Assembly: GCA_034439715.1 (NCBI GenBank)
Contig: JAWXAY010000088.1
Span: forward strand, 1-31,822
Origin: Pseudomonadota bacterium
GTDB taxonomy: Bacteria; Bdellovibrionota; Bdellovibrionia; Bdellovibrionales; SG-bin7
Direction of reading: 5' to 3'
DNA length: 31,822 nucleotides
Shown here: in pieces, positions 8,300 to 15,626 of the stretch
Numbering within the stretch: the stretch's first letter is position 1
Layout: every line of letters begins with the position of its first letter
The notes under the pieces: model-generated
The model's database searches: none
Seen by the model: only the letters and a program-made list of their open reading frames with translations
Told to the model about the DNA's origin: nothing
Translations under genes and position numbers: made by a program

Positions 8300-9304
8300 C
8301 TAGAGATACCTATTATTCTCAACGGCACCGAGGCTACGATCAAGTGCCTTTCCTACCGCTAGACTAAGGGCTGCTGCAATTTTCTCGCTGAGCTTCTTTT
8401 TTGCCTCATAACTAATGCGGATTACCTGATGGGTGTCATGAAGGCCCATCAAATATTCATCACTAGTTTTAATTTCATCGATAAGTTTGAGATCTAGGGC
8501 CCTCAAGCCAAACCAATGTTCGCCAGTTCCAATCCGATCAATTTCAATCTGCGGGCGGCTCTGGACTACGAATTCCTTGAACAAGCGGTGGGTGTCGACC
8601 ACTTCTTCTTGAAATTTTTGGCGACCAGCGGGTGTGATTTCTCCCAGGATACTTATTGTTCGTTTGAACTCACCTGAAGTGATCTCCTGATAGTCAATAT
8701 CGTGTTTCTTCAGCAAACGATGAAAATTGGGGACCTGAGCTATTACACCAACGGAACCCAAAATCGCAAATGGCGCAGCCAAAATTCTGTCAGCAGTACA
8801 GGCCATAAGGTAGCCGCCGCTCGCAGCTACTTTATCGACGCAAGCGATGAGCTGAATGCCATGTTCGCGGAGACGTTTTAATTGCGAAGCCGCTAAGCCA
8901 TATCCATGGACCATTCCACCGGGACTTTCTAAGCGAATGACAACTTGGTCTTCCTTCTTAGCTATCTTTAATATCGAAGTTATTTCTTCTCGCAGAGACG
9001 AAACACTTGAGGCTCTAATATCGCCCTCAAAATCAATCACAAAAGCGCGCGGTTTTACAATGTCCTTGGTTTTTATTTTTTTAAGCTGTTTTTTTTCGCG
9101 CTTAAGCTCTTCTTTGCTGAAGATACTTTGTTTGATAAAATTAGAAAGCTCGGTATATTTTTCGTTGAGAATTTCGACGTCAAGATGGTGTTGGCTCTTT
9201 AGGCGATGAAGCACAACAAGAAAAACAACCAAAACAACAATAACTGCGGAGACAATTAGAAAAGCTTTTCCGGCAAAAAGTCCCAACTGAAATAAATAGT
9301 CCAC
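8300..9304 (-). CDS. sohB: Protease SohB (peptidase S49)
   Basis: RLESPGGMVHGYGLAASQL, DKVAASGGYLMAC and GEHWFG; GTG start at 9304 with SD GGGAG. Confidence 0.95.
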   Translation of the reverse strand: MDYLFQLGLFAGKAFLIVSAVIVVLVVFLVVLHRLKSQHHLDVEILNEKYTELSNFIKQSIFSKEELKREKKQLKKIKTKDIVKPRAFVIDFEGDIRASSVSSLREEITSILKIAKKEDQVVIRLESPGGMVHGYGLAASQLKRLREHGIQLIACVDKVAASGGYLMACTADRILAAPFAILGSVGVIAQVPNFHRLLKKHDIDYQEITSGEFKRTISILGEITPAGRQKFQEEVVDTHRLFKEFVVQSRPQIEIDRIGTGEHWFGLRALDLKLIDEIKTSDEYLMGLHDTHQVIRISYEAKKKLSEKIAAALSLAVGKALDRSLGAVENNRYL

Positions 9305-9410
9305 ATGTGCTCCCTTAAAAACTGACTTTAGCATATTATCTTTGGTGGACTTTGGTCGAGAGTTTTCTGTAAGAGTGTCATTTATGTGGAAATACCCTAA
9401 AATAGGCAAA

Positions 9411-9902
9411 ATGGTACGCACTTTTTTTTTGCTTTTATTTGTGGGTTTAGTAGTTAAAGCACCGCTTAATTTGTGGGCAGATGGCATCGCAGAGAGTCAG
9501 GTGGGAGCTAAGAACCGTTATAAGGGATTCATCGACAAGGTCAAGGAAGGCGCTGCCGATGACAAATTGGATGTGTTCGAAATAAAGCGAATTAAAGCTC
9601 AAAGAGCTCAGAGTCAGGAACTCAAGGAAAAGTCGCGTCGCGAATATATTGCGAACAGAGAGGTTCGCAGAAAAAGAGAATTAACCTCAGAAATGCGCGA
9701 TCAATTTCTGGAGGAGCAAATAAAAAAAGAAAAACAAAGCCTTGAAGTGGCCCGAAGGTTTTTTCTACGCCAACGGGAGCTAATCAAAAAGGCATTGAAA
9801 TCAGTTCCTCAGGTCGATCCTCACGATGAATATGAGGTGGGAAAACACTATGAAGACGAGTCTGGTGAAGTCGAGGTCGAAGGAGAAGCGGAAGCGGAAT
9901 GA
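9411..9902 (+). CDS. Hypothetical exported coiled-coil protein
   Basis: MVRTFFLLLFVGLVV signal/anchor followed by a highly charged helical region; start trimmed to ATG 9411. Confidence 0.65.
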   Translation: MVRTFFLLLFVGLVVKAPLNLWADGIAESQVGAKNRYKGFIDKVKEGAADDKLDVFEIKRIKAQRAQSQELKEKSRREYIANREVRRKRELTSEMRDQFLEEQIKKEKQSLEVARRFFLRQRELIKKALKSVPQVDPHDEYEVGKHYEDESGEVEVEGEAEAE

Positions 9903-10651
9903 GGGGATCTGTCGGCCATTATCTCGTTTAGACTTAACTTCGTTATTTTGGTCAAGCCATTCAACAAAAACCAAATCACCACCATTGTAATAACCATGCA
10001 CGGCAGTGCTATCATGAGGTAACCGAGCTTAGTCATCTGTGCAATTTGCAAATTCCTGAGAGCGGCTCGTTCACTAGACAGCCAAAAATATTCGATATCG
10101 GTAAACACATGGTTAGCGACCAAAAAGTTTAAAATGGCACTTAAAAAAAAGCTTGCCGAAAAGTATTGAGTCGACTTGGCTAAATGGGAATGCAGGCGGT
10201 CTATTTGATTCTGACGACGAAGGCGTTCCTCAATCAAAGCAATATTTAGTACCCGATCATTATATATGAGTTTTTCAATAAATGGCTTGCTGCCTTTGCG
10301 TAAGGTCATCAGGACGTAAATTCCGAGAATTAGGGGCACAATAATTTCTTTGACGATATACCAGTTTCGCGTCAGGCCTATGACTGCAAAAACGCCAGTA
10401 AAAACAGTGTTTACAAACCCCAGTATCGAAGCCCAATTTTGTTTTTTATTGACGATGTAATCATAGAGGCCAAATCCCAAAGGAAAAGATAGGGCGATGA
10501 CAAGAGCCCAAACGGCGCCGTTTTCGCCCAAACGATGTGAAAATTTTTCGAGTATATAAACGGGCAATACCAGATTAAAAACAAGATCAATAGCCACACC
10601 AAGTGGTCCCTGGCTGTCGGCTTTTGTTTGCGGTTGGGGCGATTTTGGCAT
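9848..10651 (-). CDS. Polytopic membrane protein, VC0807-like family
   Basis: Several TM helices; FNLVLP..IL, ALSFPLGFG, KE, SFFLSAILNF and IALP pattern recalled for VC0807-family proteins. Confidence 0.7.
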   Translation of the reverse strand: MPKSPQPQTKADSQGPLGVAIDLVFNLVLPVYILEKFSHRLGENGAVWALVIALSFPLGFGLYDYIVNKKQNWASILGFVNTVFTGVFAVIGLTRNWYIVKEIIVPLILGIYVLMTLRKGSKPFIEKLIYNDRVLNIALIEERLRRQNQIDRLHSHLAKSTQYFSASFFLSAILNFLVANHVFTDIEYFWLSSERAALRNLQIAQMTKLGYLMIALPCMVITMVVIWFLLNGLTKITKLSLNEIMADRSPHSASASPSTSTSPDSSS

Positions 10652-10746
10652 GTTTTAGATCCTAACCCTACTTTGATCGGGTCGTAAAGACTGATTTTGT
10701 AGACGGGTGCGATTGGGCTCGGTTACGATGTTTAAAGAGTCAACTA

Positions 10747-11139
10747 ATGCTTAATCAATATACTCAGCTTGAACAAGCTTTTATTCTTTTGGTCATTTAT
10801 CAGGTGAAACACTTCCTGTGCGATTTTCCGCTACAGCGTGGCTACATGTTGAACAAGATAAGGCCTGGTTGGGATTTTATTCCGCCGCTTTCGGCTCACT
10901 GTTTAGTTCACAGTGTATTTACGCTGTCAATTGCGCTGGCCGTAAATCCCTCAGTGTGGTTACAGCTTTTGGTCATTGATTTTGTTACGCACTTTATTAT
11001 GGATCGCTTGAAGGCTGGCCCCAAATATATGGGGCGCTACCGAGATAAGACGAAAGCTTCTTACTGGAACTGTTTGGGCTTTGACCAAATGGTTCATCAC
11101 ATCACTCATATATATCTTGTCTGGGTATTGATTCAGTAG
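10747..11139 (+). CDS. DUF3307 family membrane protein
   Basis: HFLCDFPLQ, HCLVH, HFIMD and DQMVH motifs. Confidence 0.8.
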   Translation: MLNQYTQLEQAFILLVIYQVKHFLCDFPLQRGYMLNKIRPGWDFIPPLSAHCLVHSVFTLSIALAVNPSVWLQLLVIDFVTHFIMDRLKAGPKYMGRYRDKTKASYWNCLGFDQMVHHITHIYLVWVLIQ

Positions 11140-11145
11140 TGTTCT

Positions 11146-12528
11146 CTATTTAGCCGAACCGGTAGTGGCTGGGGCCCCGGATCTGACTGTTTGCGATTCG
11201 CGAGCTATTTTGCCTGATACACTTTCTATACACTCTCTTTCGGGAATGCTTTCTCTCTGGTTCCGGGAGTTCATTCTCGTATCCATACAGCATGATACCA
11301 GTTTTGGGAGATAACTTTTTAATCCGTACCAGTGTTTAATAGCTTGGGCATGACGGGTAGCCAATGCCTCAGACTCTGGCTTGGCACTAATCGGCGTAAG
11401 TGCCGTATCAATTACACCCCTAGTGGCGATAGGAATCTGATATTGAATGTCAGTAATCTCAGTAACACTTTCTGGGTTTTTGTTTGTATACGTAAATCCC
11501 GTCACCTGTTTAAAGAATATTCTTGAACCTTCTTTAGTTTCTGAATCGTAGGTTTCTAGTTTTTCAGGTTGGCGGCTATTGTCTAAGTTAACTTTGTGAG
11601 TCAGCGTTTTATAAGTACCGTCGGAGTTGAGCTTACTAACTTTTACTTCAATTGCTTTCTGTCGAGTTACGTCTGAACAGTTTAGCGAATTAATTTCAAA
11701 TCCTTCATCATGTCTTTTCATGTGTTCAAGCATTTTCTGGTAGTGATCACATAGTCGTGGATTCGTCTTAAGAATTTGCTCCTGATCAATGGCGGGCATC
11801 ATTAAGAACTTTCGTGAACTTTCTGAAACCGTTTCAAAATCATTTTTGCATTCTCCATCGAGACTCATATATTTTTCGTCAAGCTGTTGGCAGGCAATGG
11901 GTGACGCCGTTAAGGTGTAGTCAGCGACGTCGTAAGTAATAGCTGCGGCACCAAGACCAGGGATGAGATACTTTAAGGTCTTACCTAAGAGAAGTCTTGC
12001 TTCAGCTATTTCTAATCCCTTAGTAATTTGAGCCTCGGGCAAGCCGGTAAGAGACCGCATTTGTGCTAATTTGTTTTCATAGGCTTTGGCCTCGACATAT
12101 CCCATCTTTCGCTCATAGGTCCCATTTGAAATTTGCCCAAGGATATTATTTTGCGTAACTCTGGCGGCGTCATCATAGACCTCGGCTCGAGTTATTTTAA
12201 CAGCGGCCTGAGCGCCTTTAATCGCTTTTAAGTGCCTTTCATGCAAAGGTCTTAATTCTTTTTCAAGCTGGGCAACTGCTATTTTTTCTGCGCGACTGAG
12301 ACGTTTACTTTTCGCTGTCGCTGCCGAAATGGCGGTCTTACCGGCGCTAGCAAGTAGGGTTCCTGCCCCAATACAACTGGCAAAACTCAAGGACCCTCGA
12401 CACAGAATAGTTTCTTTCACAGCTTGTAATAGGTCTATGCCGCAGACCATGGTTTTAGTTTCTTGGGCGTGTGAATAGTTGGAAAAGAGACCAAAAACTA
12501 GCGCTAAAGAGACGAAGGTGGGACGCAT
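11146..12528 (-). CDS. Hypothetical secreted protein
   Basis: 460-aa ORF with Sec signal peptide (SHA-Q), multiple Cys and two Gly/Ala-rich hydrophobic segments. Confidence 0.75.
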   Translation of the reverse strand: MRPTFVSLALVFGLFSNYSHAQETKTMVCGIDLLQAVKETILCRGSLSFASCIGAGTLLASAGKTAISAATAKSKRLSRAEKIAVAQLEKELRPLHERHLKAIKGAQAAVKITRAEVYDDAARVTQNNILGQISNGTYERKMGYVEAKAYENKLAQMRSLTGLPEAQITKGLEIAEARLLLGKTLKYLIPGLGAAAITYDVADYTLTASPIACQQLDEKYMSLDGECKNDFETVSESSRKFLMMPAIDQEQILKTNPRLCDHYQKMLEHMKRHDEGFEINSLNCSDVTRQKAIEVKVSKLNSDGTYKTLTHKVNLDNSRQPEKLETYDSETKEGSRIFFKQVTGFTYTNKNPESVTEITDIQYQIPIATRGVIDTALTPISAKPESEALATRHAQAIKHWYGLKSYLPKLVSCCMDTRMNSRNQRESIPERECIESVSGKIARESQTVRSGAPATTGSAK

Positions 12529-12535
12529 GTCTATC

Positions 12536-12563
12536 CTATCGGATCCAAAGCCGATTTTCTTTA
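12536..12563 (-). promoter_or_regulatory. Sigma28 (FliA)-type promoter TAAA-N16-TCCGATAG
   Basis: Minus strand reads TAAAgaaaatcggctttggaTCCGATAGgatagacATG; consensus is TAAA-N15-GCCGATAA. Confidence 0.7.
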
Positions 12564-12583
12564 ATCATGAAGTGATATTTATG

Positions 12584-12655
12584 GCTGTACCCTCATTGCC
12601 CGATGTTAGCCGTTATCCGTGCATAGCGGTCCAAATCGGGCTACAGGGGTATAGC
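12584..12655. repeat. 72-nt imperfect inverted repeat (33-nt arms, 6-nt loop)
   Basis: Arms align without gaps: 23 Watson-Crick plus 4 G-T pairs of 33 on the + strand. Confidence 0.75.
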
Positions 12656-12729
12656 GACAGTCGTGAAGTCAGCGTATTTCAAATTAATCGCTAGCAAAGA
12701 ATCAAGGGGTTTTGGTTATGCGGAGACAG

Positions 12730-13002
12730 TCAATCCTGAGGTAATGCTTTTACTCGAGCTAAGGCGTCTGCGAATCCGACTGTTCCAATTTTTTTCCATA
12801 AGTCAGCAGCTGCCAAAAGATCAATTGCTTTCTCTCTTTCACAATAATCCATTACCATTGAAAACGTTAATGCTGAATTTGTTTTCTGATAGAGTTCGTG
12901 ATCACACTTTTGTAATGCCTGACTGCGCTCCAAATTTCTATTAGCGAGTGTCGATGTAGAAATAGTTGACAGTAAAACAATTAATGTAAGCAATTTTCTC
13001 AT
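12730..13002 (-). CDS. Small hypothetical secreted protein
   Basis: MRKLLTLIVLLSTISTSTLA signal peptide, SD GAAGG, two Cys. Confidence 0.75.
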   Translation of the reverse strand: MRKLLTLIVLLSTISTSTLANRNLERSQALQKCDHELYQKTNSALTFSMVMDYCEREKAIDLLAAADLWKKIGTVGFADALARVKALPQD

Positions 13003-13056
13003 AAATACCTTCTCTATTCAGTTTTAGATCGAAAAATTCAATCTCGGAGTAAACTG

Positions 13057-13072
13057 AGCAAGACGAGTGCCA
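13057..13072 (-). promoter_or_regulatory. Sigma54 -24/-12 promoter TGGCACT-CGTC-TTGCT
   Basis: Near-perfect match to TGGCACG-N4-TTGCW, about 55 nt upstream of ATG 13002 and correctly oriented. Confidence 0.8.
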
Positions 13073-13301
13073 AGAATTCAAATCCTTCTAACATGCCGCC
13101 AGATCGGCTTTAAGAAGGATTATGGAAGGTTCTGATGGTTTATCCCAAAAGACACACAATAATAGCTTCACATTTGACCTGGCTTTTAGAAAAACCCCGC
13201 CGTGGGGAAGTACAAAAACATTAAAGGGCAAAAAAAGCTTGATAGGGATTGAATTGGCGATTAACCCAAAGAAAAGACCAAAGAAAAGAGCAGAAGAACC
13301 C

Positions 13302-14123
13302 ATGCCCGAATTACCAGAAGTCGAAAATGTACGTCGAAGTTTAATTGCGTCCTTGGGTGAGAATCTCAAAATTGAGTCAGCCCAATGTCTTTCGCCGTCT
13401 TTAAGAATACCCTTAGATAAAAATCTGCCAAAGTGGCTTATGGGCGAGAGCCTGTTAAAAATCGAAAGGCGCGCTAAATTTTTATTATTTCAGTTAAAAA
13501 AAGGGGTAATGATAAATCATCTTGGAATGACGGGGCGGTGGCGAGCTGAAAGTGAATTTAGGGCAAAAAAACATGACCACTTTGTAATTAAATTTTTTCA
13601 GGGACACTACCTGGTTTATAATGATGTGCGAAGATTTGGGCTCATAACTCATTGTGAAACTGCGGAAATTGCTAATAATCGTTGGCTTAAAAATCTGGGG
13701 GTCGAGCCGCTCAATAAGGGTCAGTTTACTGAGAGCTACTTAACACCCCTACTCAAAACTCGATCGACGAGCATTAAGAGCTTTTTGATGGACCAGCGTA
13801 GAATCTCCGGCATCGGTAATATTTACGCGAGCGAGGTATTGTTTTTAGCTAAGATTAAGCCTCAAAAAAAGTGTCATCGCCTTAAGTCTCACGAAATTCT
13901 GGCTCTAATTGTCGAGTTACCTAAACTGCTAAGTAGGGCCATTGAGGCCGGGGGATCGACCATTAAGGACTATCAGAACTCCCAAGGCCAATCAGGAAGC
14001 TTTCAGCAGTGTTTCTTTGTTTACGGCCGTCGGGGAGAGGGGTGTCGAAAATGCGCCAAAAAGGTTTTGGCTAAGAACATAACGGGCCGTTCGACTTTCT
14101 GGTGTCCCGAGTGCCAAAGCTAA
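13302..14123 (+). CDS. mutM: Formamidopyrimidine-DNA glycosylase (Fpg)
   Basis: MPELPEVE N-terminus (fixes the start at 13302), HLGMTG, GIGNIYASE and C-terminal zinc finger CRKC...CPECQ. Confidence 0.97.
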   Translation: MPELPEVENVRRSLIASLGENLKIESAQCLSPSLRIPLDKNLPKWLMGESLLKIERRAKFLLFQLKKGVMINHLGMTGRWRAESEFRAKKHDHFVIKFFQGHYLVYNDVRRFGLITHCETAEIANNRWLKNLGVEPLNKGQFTESYLTPLLKTRSTSIKSFLMDQRRISGIGNIYASEVLFLAKIKPQKKCHRLKSHEILALIVELPKLLSRAIEAGGSTIKDYQNSQGQSGSFQQCFFVYGRRGEGCRKCAKKVLAKNITGRSTFWCPECQS

Positions 14124-14204
14124 ATCTTAATTGAAATTTATTTCTTGGTAAAATTTTCCTAGCCTGAAATTGGACACAGCAGCGTACCTTGCCTATATTG
14201 ATCA

Positions 14205-15626
14205 ATGATGACGAAACCTCGCTTTTTCAACACGGCATTTTCAAGTGCGATTTTATTTGGGCTCGTCCTTGGCTGCGGCGCTTTTGCGTCAGAGGACCTT
14301 GAGGTTTTTCGCAGCGAACTAGTGAGCGAAAGTTCTATCGACAAAAATGCCATTATGCTCGGATTAGAGAGTTCTAACTATGTCACTTACGGTAAGGACG
14401 CTGAATTTGATCAGAATCCTTATGGCTTAAGTCTGCTCTACGACAAAGTCAGCGTTGGTCAGGCCATCACGTTCTCAATGTCTGCAAAGGCTTACTGGGC
14501 GCCTGAGCAGAGTCTGCTGAGTTACACTCGTTTAGATGAAGTTGCGCTGAGTAATTCCAAAAGTACCTTAAATGGCAATTTTTATTTTGGCCGCAAAAAA
14601 TATTTGTGGAGTGTGGTTGATGAGGATTGGAATCTCGGTGCTTGGCAACCGCTTTATATGGGAAATTACATCAGACCAGAAAGCCAAGGACTCACAGGAA
14701 TCATTTCGGAATTCAAAATGAATGGGGCCCGAGGCACATTTTTTTTAAGTCCTTTTTTTATTCCTAATATTGGGCCTTCGTTTTTGGTGCAAGATGGAAA
14801 ATTTCAATCAGCGAGTCCGTGGTTTTCTATTCCCGCACAGCAACTGATGCTGGGTGGAAATTCGATTTCAATTTATTACGATATAGAAAGGCCGGCGACC
14901 CGAGACATCTTGTATAATGGGGGTGGCGGCGGTCAGATTTTTTTTGGAGACCCAACTGCGGGTGGCTGGCTCATGACCTCTTATGCTTATAAACCAGTTA
15001 ATCAGCTTGGCGTGGCCACAGTGAATGGTTTTGATACCGATAGAATAGATCCCTCCCAATATGGAGTTAATATTTTTCCCTATGTCCAATATCACCAACT
15101 GGCGACTATTGAGTCAGGTTATCGTCGAAAGGCGGCGCATTTTCACGTGGGATTCATTGCCGACGCACCTTTAAAGAGCGGAATTCCAGAGGGCGCCAGT
15201 GGTTATGCGATGAATGACAATTATATTTTTTCACCAAGCGTCAGTTACCGAGTAACTGCATCTAGCCGAATTCGGCTGAGCTATTTAAAACGTTGGGAAG
15301 GTAGAGACGAGCTAGTGGGTGACGAGCTTGCAGCTCTAAAAAGCCGTGGCCTTGATCGCTACTTTTTTACCAAAGCAGTAAAGGCCGAATATAGTGGAAA
15401 GTGGACTGATCTTTTACACTTTAATTTATCAGGCACCTACGACGCTCATTGGGCTGGGGCCATGATCAATAGTCAATTAGCCTATCGTCCCCAAAAAGAT
15501 TTTGAGATTGTTATGGGTATAGAAGCGCTTGGAGACGTAGGTTCACCGCTTTCTCAGGACCCAAATATTTTTTCGGCACACAAGGGCAATGATCGAGTTT
15601 ACGGGGGAGTTCACTATGTTTTCTAA
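14205..15626 (+). CDS. Probable outer-membrane beta-barrel protein
   Basis: Signal peptide (AFA-S), alternating aromatic beta-strands, C-terminal GGVHYVF resembling a BAM beta-signal. Confidence 0.7.
   Translation: MMTKPRFFNTAFSSAILFGLVLGCGAFASEDLEVFRSELVSESSIDKNAIMLGLESSNYVTYGKDAEFDQNPYGLSLLYDKVSVGQAITFSMSAKAYWAPEQSLLSYTRLDEVALSNSKSTLNGNFYFGRKKYLWSVVDEDWNLGAWQPLYMGNYIRPESQGLTGIISEFKMNGARGTFFLSPFFIPNIGPSFLVQDGKFQSASPWFSIPAQQLMLGGNSISIYYDIERPATRDILYNGGGGGQIFFGDPTAGGWLMTSYAYKPVNQLGVATVNGFDTDRIDPSQYGVNIFPYVQYHQLATIESGYRRKAAHFHVGFIADAPLKSGIPEGASGYAMNDNYIFSPSVSYRVTASSRIRLSYLKRWEGRDELVGDELAALKSRGLDRYFFTKAVKAEYSGKWTDLLHFNLSGTYDAHWAGAMINSQLAYRPQKDFEIVMGIEALGDVGSPLSQDPNIFSAHKGNDRVYGGVHYVF

Noticed and set aside
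9305..9487. N-terminal extension of sohB, and 9342 start for the + gene
   Set aside because: The extensions overlap each other; GTG 9304 has a good SD and matches the SohB N-terminus.
12584..12655. SRP RNA, tRNA or intrinsic terminator interpretation of the hairpin
   Set aside because: No SRP helix-8 motif, no cloverleaf or T-loop, and no U-tract on either side.
12584..12725. Integron attC interpretation of the long hairpin (GTTAGCC and GTTATGC present)
   Set aside because: The hairpin ends are not RYYYAAC...GTTRRRY, there are no extrahelical bases (arms pair without gaps), and no integrase is in the window.
12479..12944. + strand ORFs 12479-12694 and 12663-12944
   Set aside because: No SD or recognisable features; they overlap better-supported minus-strand genes and promoters.
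13088..13369. 93-aa minus ORF and the 60-aa extension of mutM from 13122
   Set aside because: Fpg needs the N-terminal Pro of MPELPEVE. The minus ORF overlaps the mutM start and its hydrophobicity derives from an A-rich tract.
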